Positions 38,083-50,355 of a stretch of 64,000 bases of DNA are shown here, piece after piece. Below the pieces are notes generated by a model that searched no databases, was not told where the DNA came from, and saw only the letters and a program-made list of their open reading frames with translations. Source of the DNA: Utricularia gibba (Eukaryota; Plantae; Magnoliophyta); assembly GCA_002189035.1 (NCBI GenBank), contig NEEC01000002.1, positions 1,488,001-1,552,000 on the forward strand, in the 5' to 3' direction. Position 1 is the first letter of the stretch, and each line of letters opens with the position of its first letter. The translations under genes and the position numbers were made by a program.

Positions 38083-39314
38083 ATGAGTTCGAGCGACTGT
38101 GTCGCGGAAGTTACGTGTTTGTCACCTACTGCCACTGAGGCGGATCTTCTGAACTTCTTCTCTCTTTGTGGTGAGATCGATGCCGTCGAAATTGTCAGGT
38201 ATGCTCCATATATTTGCCTCGTGTCGTCAAATTTCTTGTGGGTTTTTTCTTGCTTTCATATGTAATCCAGACAATATAGATGAAAAAAAGTGAATTTTGG
38301 GTGCTGAGATTAAGTTCATGGATTACGTGCACGATCGGAAGATTTTAGGCGGATTTTGAAAATGTGTGCGTCTAGTCGAGGTTACGATGAATACTTTATT
38401 TTCGTATCCCGCTTAAATCGGTATTCCTTGCTTTTGCTTTTGCATCATCTTTCACAGAGCTGGTGATTATGCTAGCACAGCCTATGTGACATTCAGAAAT
38501 TCATATTCGTTGGATACTGCTATCCTTCTCAGTGTAAGCTGGTTATGCTGTATCTTGAGATGATGCAATTTGTAGGTTGAAAGTTGACTTTTGCCTGTGT
38601 CATAGTTCTATTTGGCAGTATATTGCGCTCTCCTTTTATTTTGTATCGTTCAGTCGCTTGTTTCATGTGGAACTCTTCATCATTGCAACAGGGCGCAACC
38701 ATTGGGGATCGACCCGTTTGCATAACGCGGTGGGGGCATACTGACAACGAGAATGATATCTGGAATTATTCATATTGGGGTACAGAGGACGAAAGCAGCA
38801 CAAGTGTAAGCCCATTCAATCCCTTCGCTATAATCCATTCCTCTCGTTATCTCTATAGCTATAACATGTTGCCATGATACACCAGCGCTCTCAATCCTAT
38901 CGTTCTACCCCTTCTGCCGGTGAAGCTGTTTCATTTGCCCAAGATGTGGTCAAAACCATGATATCACAAGGCTACATTCTGGGAAAAGATGCTCTGGCCA
39001 AGGCCAGAGCCTTCGACGAGTCTCATCACGTGTCAGCAGCCGCAGCAGCGAAGGTCGCAGAGATGAGCGACAGAATCGGGCTAACTGATAAGATATTTGC
39101 TGGGATGGAAGTTGCTCGTTCTCTAGACCAAAAGTACCTGATTTCCGATGCCACAAAAACAGCGGTATCACTCGCCGGAAGGAGTGCCGCGTCTGCTGCC
39201 TCCGCCGTCGTCAACAGCGGTTACTTCTCCAAAGGAGCTCTTTGGTTATCAGGCGCTCTCACCAAAGCCGCTGAAGCAGCCGCCGAGTTGGGTGCTCGCG
39301 GCGCAAACAAATAA
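38083..39314 (+). CDS. RRM protein, BPA1 (binding partner of ACD11)-like
   Basis: AEVTCLSPTATEADLLNFFSLCGEIDAVEIVR, TAYVTF..LDTAILLSGATI, AQDVVKTMISQGYILGKDALAKARAFDESH and YFSKGALWLSGAL. Confidence 0.85.
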
Positions 39315-40459
39315 AAGCAATCAAACCGTAGGAGGCTTCTCACTCATGGCTTGCTCAGTGAAATGTACCCATCCTGTGGTGTCGACGAAACCCAAAATAA
39401 ATAAACCTTTTTATAAAATATTTTGAAATATTTTGAAAAATTAAGAAATGACATATTTTTTTCATGTTATTTCGATTTTTAACTAATATAATTTTGTAGA
39501 ATACTCATAATTTATTTTTATTTTTTAAAAATAATTTTAAAAAAGTAAAAATAGATTTTAAATACTTTTGAGAACGTTACTTAAATTTACATAATTATTT
39601 TTATTTTTATAAATTTGATTCAATATATTGAATGATTAAATCCGAAAATGAATTGATATCATTTTAAAAAATTACTATTTTGGGAGTTTTCTCGTCATTC
39701 TCCACGCGCTACAGTTTCTTTTTTTGTGAAGTCAACCACGCTACTACTTAATTAATTGCAGTTAATCATTTCGCATTATAAAGAAATTACAAGTTTCTCA
39801 TAAAATTCAAATCATCTTATAAAAACTAAAGTCTTTTTTGGCTACAAGAATCGTAAACGGTAGGTGGGTTGCTCAGAGAGGGAGACTGATGTTGCCGTTT
39901 ACTGTCATGAAGTAGGACAAAAGGAGACTCTTTGTTCTGGTTACAACGTCTTTGTTTATCCACAAAAGAAGTTGAGATATATACTCTGCAATGTATATCT
40001 TTTAGTATCTTTGTGTATATAAAGACGCCTTGAAGTTTGAGGGAGGGGGTCAAAGGGCGTGGGCGCCGTGGGAACGGGGATTCTCTTTATCTCTTTTCTT
40101 TTTGTGATCAACTGTTGGATTAGCTCCTCTTGTTGGCGATTCAGAGAAGAGAAAAAAACTACTCTTTTGGTTTTCTTGTCGCGCTTGCTTCCGTCGGCTG
40201 GTGAAAACAGGAACTTGGGAGACTCCGAGACAGAGGACAGAACCTCATGCATCATGGATGCATATAATTTTGTGGGTTTTCTGGGTCTTCTTCTAAGTGT
40301 GTTATGCGTGTTTCTACGCAATGTTTGTGTATGGTCTGTTGTCTGTTTGCAAACTTTCGAAAGGTTGGATTTCGGGATAGGAATTTGAATGAACTCTTTA
40401 TTTCCATCTGGGGTTTGAGTTTGATTCTGTGATCAATGTTGAGTAGAGTTATTTTGCAG

Positions 40460-42649
40460 GTTTCTAATTGGGGGAATCAGAGGAACAGATCATGCATATG
40501 TTCTCTGGCGGTTGTTGTGCCTCTGTGTTGTAGTGTTTTTCTACTTCGCGCTGCGTGGCTGCAGAGTGACTCTATGAGGGTAATCAGCCTCAGACTGTCT
40601 TCTTAGAGTCGCCTTCCCCAGCAGAATACATAAGTATTTTCCAACTTGCAGCTATCTCTTCAAGTTCAACTCAGGAATCCACCTCTGAATGTGGATCACG
40701 TTGACAGCATGGTAATCTTCATAGTGGTGGTTCTTTGTGCGACAAGCTCGAGCATTTCTGCTCATTCTAGCAGTAGTTATACAGCAATATTAACTTAGCT
40801 TGTATGATCTTCTTAGATGTCAAGGACACAAGAAATCGAGGCAAATGCGACAGAAACTATGAAAGTGTTGCAGTCTTATAGATGCCATGTTTGTGGATAC
40901 GCCTTGTTTGTTCATCATTTATAATCTCACGGATAAGAACAATCCCCAATGAGAGCATTGGTTTACCTTCTAGGCCAAATGTAAGCCTTCAGGGAGCGAT
41001 GCTTTGCCGGAAGGAATTGTGTCAAAGACTACAAACTTGGAAATGCAAGCTCTATGGGGTACTGTAGATGTATGTGTTGTTGCTCAATTTTGTGTTCATG
41101 TTTTTCTACATGCTTTATTGACTCTCTGCCAGCTTCGAATCAGAAAAAACTGCAGCAGAAGAAGAGTTTGCTCGCTATATCTGTTGGGATTAAGCAAAAA
41201 TTTTTGGTAGGAAAAACTATTAAAAAGGTATATTATGCATTTCTTGGTTGCTATCTCTATTCTTTCACATACAATCATTTTATACCTCTGTTTCTTGTAG
41301 TTCATCGATGATGACTTCTCTGTGGTGCTTTTTCACTATGATGGTCAAGTAGATGAATGGAAGGATCAACAATGGAATGACAAAGTCATTCACATTTCTG
41401 CAGAAAAGCAAACAAAATGGTGAAGCTCCTCACACGGTAGATTCTTCTCCTACAAAACATACAGTGACCTCACTTCTGTATATTACTGGATGAAACTTTT
41501 TAGGTGGTTTGCAAAGCGGTTTCTTCATCCTGATATTGTCGATGAATATGAGTACATTTTTCTATGGGATGAAGATCTTGATGTCCAAAGTTTCCATCCC
41601 TCAAGGCATGACAGCTAATTGCATTATTCACTGTGTATCCAATGCCATTGAAAATCTGTCTTTGCTCTTGACATGCAGGTATGTATCTATCATCAAAGAA
41701 GAAGGTCTTGAAATTTCACAGCCAGCTCTTCAACCCGGACTTAAATCGGGGATTCATTATCAAATTACTGTCAGAAGCAAGAGATCAAGAGTGCATAGGT
41801 TAGAAGAAAGAAAACACATTTAGCTTCATAATCTAGTTTCCAACTTCTGAGAAGCTATCATTTGTTAATGAAATAGGAGATATTATAAAAGCGGAAGATG
41901 TGATTCAAACAGTAGCTCACCTCCGTGTGTAGGGTAAGGAAACATTCAATGTAACCTCATTGTTCTTGTATTCAATCTTTCTAGTTGCAGAAACATATAA
42001 TCAACTTTGGGTGCAGTTGGGTGGAGCTCATGGCTCCTGTGTTCTCCAGAGCAGCGTGGCGTTGTGCTTGGTACATGATTCAGGTAATCCATTTGATCAC
42101 ACTTCATTCTGAAGTCCTATGTTGCTCATCTCTACATCCCCTCTTGCTAGAATTAGCAACTAAACTGATCATTTGCTTCACAGAACGACTTGATCCATGC
42201 TTGGGGCCTGGATATGCAACTTGGTTATTGCGCACAAGGTGATCGGAAGCAAAAAGTGGGTGTTGTAGATGAAGAGTATGTAGCCCATGTAGGGCTCCCC
42301 ACTCTTGGAACCATTACTGATAAGAACCAGGTATGTAGATATACATAGATACCGTACTCTTGCTTCGTTCTTTCACCATTGAAGAAACTCAAGTAGGAAT
42401 GACTAAAGTTATATTCCATCTTTCAGCAAAGTTTGCATCTTAACAAGACTGATCATAGAATCGAAGTGAGTTTTTCTCAAATCTGCACTGATTGCATACA
42501 AATGGTTGTGCTAACATTTCAAAACTTAGGTACGAATCAAGTCAGTCCGTGAGATGAAGGAGTTTAGGGACAGATGGAAAAGGGCGGTGGAGGAGGACGA
42601 CTGTTGGGTCGATCCTTACAAGGAAGCAGTGATAGAGAAATCGGAATAG
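40460..42649 (+). CDS. DUF707 family protein, multi-exon; start not resolved
   Basis: ALPEGIVSKTTNLEMQALWG, LAISVGIKQK, WVELMAPVFSRAAWRCAWYMIQ, HAWGLDMQLGYCAQG and final exon EMKEFRDRWKRAVEEDDCWVDPY. Confidence 0.85.
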
Positions 42650-42737
42650 GTATGTCACAATACTTGTAAATGCCCAAATTTGAACCAAATTTGAGGATTG
42701 AACCACAAGTAACAATATTGTACAAGTAACAAAAGAT

Positions 42738-44191
42738 TTAAACTCTTTTTCCAACAACTGCATTGTCCTTCAATAGTGCCTCAGCAGCCCTTCTTCCAGA
42801 TGCTAACGCCCCATCAAATGTTGCACTTGTGATATAATCCCCACAGACATACAGTCCATCTTTCACCTTTGGATCCTTCAGCAGGTTCGTCGGAGGACTC
42901 TGGTTCGGCTGAGCAAAATGTATCCGATATAATCGGAGATACGTCCATGAACCTACGGTTTTGTTCCCAAACCAGTTTCCTAACTCCTTTAGAACTTGAT
43001 CCACCAGTTCTTCATCTTGCGCATTGTCGCGTGTTCCCACAAGAGTGACAGAAACCAATGCCTTCCCCGCCGGAGCATAAGACCGAGCAACATTCGTGGC
43101 GAAGAACATGTTGTTCACGATCCCTTCTGAGGATCCGTTGAGGAACAAAACGGGGTCCTTGATCGGAACATTGGTTTCATCGGTGGAGAAGTACATGCAG
43201 ATCGTACCTCGAGTTGGATTCTTCAAGGGAATTCGCGATGCTTCCCCTCCCAGAAGGTTGAAAGCTTCTGGATGCTCAACTGCAAGTATAATTCCGAGAT
43301 CAGGCTTCAATCTTTCTCCATTCTCTAGGACAAGAGTTGATGGGCCATCTGATTCCGATTCTATGGAAACAACCCTTGAGTTCAATTTGATTGAACTTGG
43401 ATTCAGTTTTGCAGCCAATTGGAGAGGAATCGCAGAAATCCCTTTCTTCGGGAGGGTATTATCTCCGAGTGCTAGACATTTGAACACGAAATTGAACAAA
43501 CGCGACGTCGTTTCAAGCTCGGGTCGAAGAAAATTCCGCCGAAGAACGGCCGGAAAAACCTGTTCACTATCGAATCGGAAAACCCCGATCTCCTCAATAG
43601 CTCAATTGTTCTAACTTCTTCGCCTCCCAAAATCTCAAGATCCGAGAGGCTCAAAACCCTGATTCGCGTCAATCCAATCAAAACTTTATCAATCACGGTA
43701 CCGATTGGATTCCCCAGGGAGCGCAATGCGTCAACCAGATGCCGCAGGGGATCTGCCACCGTGTGGAACCTGCCGTCGTGGAACACCAACGCGCCCGAGT
43801 AAAACCTCTGTAGTTCAAGCGCGTCGTAATCCAGCAGCTTCTGGGCTTCTGGATACGCCGTGATGAAGATCTGGAACCCACGGTCGAGAGTGAAGCCATC
43901 CACGTAATCCGTACGGACACGGCCGCCGACGGCGTCGGACGCTTCGAGGATAACGAACGGGATGTTATCTTTCTGAAGGCGCGTTGCTGCTGCCAATCCG
44001 GCTAGTCCGCCGCCGACGATGGCGACTCCCGTTGTTTGCGGTGGTTGTGGAGATGGCGGTGGTGACGGGATGGAAATCTGCTGTGAAGTTCCATTGCGTG
44101 CCCATTTCTTCTTCAAATTTGTGGGTTTGAAAAAGGGCGTGGAATGGGGAGTAATAGCAGCTAAAGCAGCTGCAGACAATTGGATCGGCAT
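42738..44191 (-). CDS. FAD-dependent oxidoreductase (flavin amine oxidase/protoporphyrinogen oxidase-like), plastid transit peptide; apparent 1-nt frameshift at ~43521
   Basis: IVGGGLAGLAAA, LEASDAVGGRVRTD, DRGFQIFITAYPE and CGDYITSATFDGALASGRRAA. The two ORFs join if one base is added at GACCCGAG. Confidence 0.88.
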
Positions 44192-45388
44192 TGGTCGCCG
44201 GTTCGCCGTCCGCCATTGAAATCGGTGACGAGGTTAGTATTGAAATTCTCAATTATCCAAATTATCCAAAAACTCTATCCCCAATCTCCACACATTTTTT
44301 TCAACCCCACGCAGATACCTACAACACGAAATTTGAAAAGGTTAATACTTAGTAATGTAATTAATACTATTCTTTATTTTATATTAAATAACTAAATTGT
44401 AGAAAAATATAAAATATATTTATTTTAATAAGAATGACTATAAATGATATAAGTATTTTATAAATTATGCATGTATATTATAAAGAACATGTTATTAAAT
44501 AAAATTCATTATAAATATATCCATATTTATATTAGATAAAAAAATAAATTATAAGGTAATGGGTCGGGTTTGAAACCGGAGGCCCATTAGTTATAATGAA
44601 TTTGTTTTTACGAAGCCCACGAAATGGATAGGTGTAATTTTGGAAGCTATAAAGTTTGTAGCACGCGAGGCACGGAATTTTCTCTCTCCGACGGTTTTCG
44701 GGTTATGGCTATTCAGCGACCATCGTTGAATCGGAATTGAGGAGCTTATTTTGATCCGTAAATTTGCAGAATCAATGGATTCGAGTAAGTATCGACTTTA
44801 CCTTGATTGTGCTCGCCTGTTTAAAAGGATCGAGATGGTGTTACTGAGTCATTTTTTTTATTAGCTGTCTACGGGTTTTCATTGGTTTGTAGATCAGCTA
44901 TTTTGAATTTGTATGCTAGGGTTTACTGTTAAAAGGAGGCGTATGGCGATGAGGCCACCTGCTTCCTGGTTTGTAATTTGATATTTAGGATTGATAGAGG
45001 TTGGATTACTGTTGTTCTGCTTACATTTCAATGATTATGACTGGCTCGTGCTTTCTGTTTTTTTTCGTATCACTTTGATACAGTCTGTTGCTGATACTAT
45101 CTTTTAGCAAAATTTTTTTTAGTTGTTTTAGTTTTTTGGTATCCTGGTTTCTTCCGATGCCAATTATGTTTTCATTTAGGGTTTTTTTTATAAAATAAAT
45201 CTTTGTTTTGTCGTGATGCCACTGTTTTTCTTCTTGCCTTCACTTTATTCTTTCCGTCTTCTAATGGAGTGTTGACTTGGTGTAGATCATGGTGAAACGG
45301 AAATAGCTGTGCAAGTGGATGGGCTTAAAGCGGAAAGCAGGATGCATCAACTGATTTAATCTTGTTGAAGGTGAAGAAAGCGAGTGAA

Positions 45389-46837
45389 ATGGGAGCTAGG
45401 CTGAGTATGCATAATACTAGAGGCAGTTCTGATGTTCCTGATGCTTCACAGTTTGAGGCTTGTAAGCGACGCAGGATGTCGCCTAGCTTCTGGGATGGTA
45501 GTCCAAGACTCATTCCCAGCCTTCCGGACGAGATTTCAATTCAGATTTTAGCCAGAGTTCCTCGGATTTGTCATTTCATTGTGAAACTTGTCTCGAGAAG
45601 TTGGAGAGCCACCCTAGTGAGTGGAGAACTTTATAAAGTACGAAAAGAACTTGGTACCACAGAGGAATGGCTCTATGTTCTGACCAAGGCGGAAGGTGAA
45701 AAGCTCATTTGGCATGGCCTTGACCCAGTATCTGGTAGATGGCAAAGACTTCCCATGATGCCTAATGTTGCTGTTGATGATGGGATGAAAAAAAGGGGAT
45801 TCGCAGGCCTTTGGTTTTGGAACAGAGTCTCTTCCAATGTGATTGCTGATGCAATCAGAGGGTGGCTTGGGAGGAAAGATGCATTAGATGAAATCCCATT
45901 TTGTGGTTGTGCGATTGGAGCTGTTGGTGGCTGCCTTTATGTCATAGGTGGATTCTGCAGGGCTTCTGCTGTGTCAAGTGTATGCCGCTATGATCCCATT
46001 ATAAATTCTTGGGTTGAAAAAAGTTCCATGTCCGCAGAAAGGGCATACTGCAAAACCGCTGTCTTGGAGGAAAAACTGTACGTTATTGGAGGTGTTACGC
46101 GTGGTCGTGGTGGTCTGACTCCTCTTCAGTCAGCTGAGGTTTTTGATCCTAGTACTGATAATTGGTCTGAGGTGCCTAGCATGCCCTTTTCAAAGGCACA
46201 GATTCTACCAACTGCCTTCCTTACCGACCTACTGAAACCTATCGCCACAGGTTTGACATCATACAGGGGAAAACTCTACGTCCCTCAGAGTTTGTACTGC
46301 TGGCCATTTTTTGTCGATGTTGGGGGTGAAGTCTATGACCCTGAAACAAACTCTTGGACTGAAATGCCTCTTGGAATGGGTGATGGCTGGCCAGCCAAGC
46401 AGGCCGGAACGAAGCTAAGTGTCGTTGTGGATGAAGAACTATATGCTCTGGATCCATCCGGCTCCCACAACAGTGCTAGAATCAAAGTCTATGATCACCA
46501 AGATGACATTTGGAAAGTCATAGATGGGGATGTGCCCATCCGCGACCTGACATACTCGGAGTCGCCATACCTACTCGCTAGTTTCCTTGGGAAGCTGCAT
46601 GTCATCACCAAGGACGGCAACAACAATATCTCAGTGATGCAGTTTGACTGGCAAAACAAACTCCCCTCCATGACTGCAACCTCCTCCCTGGGAGTCCATT
46701 CAGGGAGTGATGCCGCATCATCCTCATCCTCATCCTCATCGTCAGCCTCATCAGGTAATAACAATGTGTGGAAGGTCATTGCGAGTAGGGTGGCTGGATC
46801 TTCTGAGCTCGTTGGCTGTCAGGTACTAAATGTATAG
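45389..46837 (+). CDS. F-box/kelch-repeat protein (At1g22040-like), intronless CDS
   Basis: LIPSLPDEISIQILARVPR F-box; kelch repeats GCLYVIGG and KLYVIGG; WKVIAS..ELVGCQVL tail. Confidence 0.9.
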   Translation: MGARLSMHNTRGSSDVPDASQFEACKRRRMSPSFWDGSPRLIPSLPDEISIQILARVPRICHFIVKLVSRSWRATLVSGELYKVRKELGTTEEWLYVLTKAEGEKLIWHGLDPVSGRWQRLPMMPNVAVDDGMKKRGFAGLWFWNRVSSNVIADAIRGWLGRKDALDEIPFCGCAIGAVGGCLYVIGGFCRASAVSSVCRYDPIINSWVEKSSMSAERAYCKTAVLEEKLYVIGGVTRGRGGLTPLQSAEVFDPSTDNWSEVPSMPFSKAQILPTAFLTDLLKPIATGLTSYRGKLYVPQSLYCWPFFVDVGGEVYDPETNSWTEMPLGMGDGWPAKQAGTKLSVVVDEELYALDPSGSHNSARIKVYDHQDDIWKVIDGDVPIRDLTYSESPYLLASFLGKLHVITKDGNNNISVMQFDWQNKLPSMTATSSLGVHSGSDAASSSSSSSSSASSGNNNVWKVIASRVAGSSELVGCQVLNV

Positions 46838-47450
46838 CATGTTTTGTTGATAGTTGCCCTTCTTACAGTCTGCTGTCGCATCATCCTTCTTAAAGCGCCA
46901 TGTTCACTAACGAATAAATCACATGCTGTATATATTTCTCATCTTGCTGTCTGTAGGCGGCTGGTTCTTGTATCAAAACGTATCGCTTTTATTCCAGAAA
47001 TTATGATTTTACATAGCATATTTTCATAGTATTCGATATTACTGTATTCGCATGTTTTTTTTTCGATTTGATTCAGCAAAATAACAATGCATACGGTTAT
47101 AGAAAAATGGTATTACTTTCTCACATTTCGTTATAAAGTAAATTATATCATTTTTTAGTACCATTAATAATATTTATATATTACATATATTATTGTGAAA
47201 GGAAGACAGAGTAGTTAAAAATAATTTATGATATTGGTAATGTATGATATTAAAATTTAATAAATTATTAAACAAATAAATTATATTATTAAATGTAAAA
47301 ATGAAATGGGTTAGTGGCAGTGCTGCAGTATTAATTTAAATTGATTGGGTCGGTGCAAATTTCGATGTGGAAGTCTGAAGCACAGCATCGTTTGTGTCGC
47401 CGGGCATCCTTTTGAAGTTGGGATCTTTGAGCTCTCTGGATCGCTCGTCA

Positions 47451-48834
47451 ATGGCGTCTACGCTTCTCTCCCGGTCTTGCTTGTCCACCCTCGCTCCCTC
47501 CGCCATTCCGACAACCACGAATAGGCCGCAAGCTACCGCGCATCTCTCCGTTACTTTCAGGCATAATGGTCGTATCCTGGGGTCGCAGATTACACACATT
47601 GCTCCTAAAAGAAGAGGTTTTTCGGTCAATTGCACTTCCTCTGGTGATGGTCAATCTCACGGGGAGATCCCGATTGAATTGAGTAACAAACCACCTTGCT
47701 ATCGCTTCTTTGTGGAATAATCTTGAGTATGTTTGGCTGAATTGCCTTTCTTTCTCTCTCTGGTTTTCGCAGAGTATCCCGCGTTTCCTAGTGTGTTGGA
47801 CATTAACCAGATTCGAGATATTTTGCCTCACAGGTTCACACTTTACGGGTTGAAATGATTTTCGGTGATGATATTTCTGTGAATTAACTTGTTTCATTGT
47901 TCTTGGTTGCTGCAGATTTCCATTTCTGCTAGTGGATAGAGTTATTGAGTACACCCCCTGTGTTTCGGCCGTGGCGATTAAAAATGTTACCATTAATGAT
48001 AATTTTTTCCCTGGTCATTTTCCGGAGAGACCAATTATGCCTGGTGTTCTGATGATTGAGGTAGACCGTTTTATTGCTCTCATAACCTTGTTACAGATGC
48101 ACTAATTTTCAGGCTTGGAAAATGTGTTGTTCTTTAAGGCAAGATGGGACTTGGCTTTCATATAAGTGAATGAATTTGTGGTCATATCATTGTGTTGAAA
48201 TAAAATGATAGGGATGTACATTGCTGCTTATGAGTCTTGGTTTGTTCTTTAATCTCGTTAACAAATCCAACCAAAAGATTTTCCACTACCTTGAGCTTCT
48301 TCGATTTTACGATATATAAGTGCTTCATGTTAGGGTGTGCATATGAGAGTTAGATTAACTGTTCTTTCAGAGGGAACTCCTGCAAACTTTTGGAATCGGC
48401 GAGAAGATGTTGGGGTTATCTTGTTTTGATGTCAATGATATTATTGGATGAGGTTCTGTGGATTCTGAATGATTTGGATATATGCTCAGGATGGAGTGTT
48501 TGATGAACTTTATCCTATGCTCAGTTCATTGACCGCTTCCCAATTACTGGATGAATCTAACAGACATGTTCATGTGCTTGGTCAGGCAATGGCTCAAGTA
48601 GGTGGTCTGGTTATGCTACAGCCAGAAGTCGGAGGTTCGCGTGAAAACTTCTTTTTTGCTGGAGTCGACAAAGTCCGATTCAGGAAACCAGTTATAGCTG
48701 GAGATACGTTAGTGATGAGAATGAACCTGGTCAAGTTGCAGAAGCGATTTGGAGTGGCTAAGATGGAAGGAAAGGCATATGTTGGAGGTGAAGTTGTCTG
48801 TGAAGGTGAATTCCTCATGGCCTTAGGGAGCTAA
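47451..48834 (+). CDS. FabZ: Plastid beta-hydroxyacyl-ACP dehydratase (FabZ), 4 exons
   Basis: Transit peptide MASTLLS; [12 protein letters not shown]|[29 protein letters not shown]|AMAQVGG and [14 protein letters not shown]. Confidence 0.93.
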
Positions 48835-49102
48835 TGTTGCATGTATCCGATTTCGAGCCTAGTTTTCCCAGTTCGGAACTTTACTTTTTCAAAGACATGA
48901 TCTAAGTATTTCGAGGTTGTCTGTATGCAGTGATTTTGGACGATTAATTATACATTATGCTTCAGAATATACGGGGTGCTCCTTCCATTGGAGGCATCTC
49001 CAGTGTCAAACTAACAGAGGTTTCGTCATTTAGACCTGCTTTGGTTCTCTACATTGCACAAGCTTCTTTACAGGTGAATATGCCAAGAATGGAACAAAAA
49101 AT

Positions 49103-49946
49103 TCAAAGGCCAAGAGCTCCAAGGGGAGTCTTCCCTTGTCCAGCCTCAAAGTAGAAGATTAGCATTGCCACCATGGCTAGCCTGGCGTGCTTTATCTCAG
49201 CAAGCTTAAGCCTCTCCAGCTTCTCTGAATCAGGTACGTAGACTCCGTTCTTGAGAGTTCCGGCAAACGACAGCGGATCAAAGAACTTCCCCCCGGGGTA
49301 TCCCTGATCGCCTGTGGCGTTTGCGAAATTCTCAGCCGTTCGAGACCACGGTGTGGCCCATTCAAGGGACTGCGATTCCGGGTTGAAGTAATCAACCCAT
49401 CTTTTGCTTTCGACCCACCCCATGAGAAGGAGCTGAGTCCCGAGGAGGGTGCCAAAGGAGAAGGGTGCCACGGCACCAGGAGCAGCTCCAGCCTCGAACC
49501 AGGGAATGCCACTCCATGCTTGACCAATGAAGATTCCGACCACCGCAGTCATGGCCCAGCGACCATGGATCAGCTCAGCCTCCCTGTACCATTTCAAGAA
49601 GGCTGGATCCTTTCCAAGCCCCAATGGATCGAATCCGTAGTCACCAGGTAACCTGCAGTTCAAATGATACCTACGCATTGAGAGGTCATTCAAAATGAAG
49701 CAACGGGAATCAACTATGGAAAACCTACGAGCCATCGAGCCACTCGGGGTCGACTAAGCTGCCTCCGGCTTTAACACCGGGGAGCCATGACTTCTTGGGG
49801 GTGGAGACAGCGGCCACCACAACCCTCCTAGATGTTCCGGCACCGGCGACGGCAGTGGGAGCAGCTAGCCGGGATTGGCTCTTCTTGCTGCCGGTTAAGA
49901 ATGCTGATCCGAGACCATTGAAAAGAGCAGCGGATGCGGAAGCCAT
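49103..49946 (-). CDS. LHCB6: Light-harvesting chlorophyll a/b protein CP24, 2 exons
   Basis: [20 protein letters not shown]|[48 protein letters not shown] and [22 protein letters not shown]. Confidence 0.96.
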
Positions 49947-50355
49947 TTCTCTTTGAGCTTTGGGCCTTCTTTGTGTGGCTCCTCTATGCTGTGAGTGCCC
50001 CTGAGAGGAAATCAAGAGAAAGAATTATAGAAGAGCCAACTCGGATTTCTGATCAAGAACCAAATCTGAGGGGATAGATTTCTAGCCATTGAGATCCTTC
50101 CACGTTGACCCCTTGATCTACTCAGATGGATTGGTGTTTTTACCCCAGGATGAAAATGGCGCTACCAGACCACCCATTTATTTAACTAAGCTACAGTACA
50201 CATATAGATGCTACTATTTACAGATGGGGTTTTTTAGAGTTTCATATTATTGCTTACATTTTCTTGTATCTTCTTTTCTATCCACAAATACCTGGGCAGA
50301 CTCAGGAAACTGTGCCTGCTCAACTTGATAATGTGATCTGCAGTGAACTGCGGCC

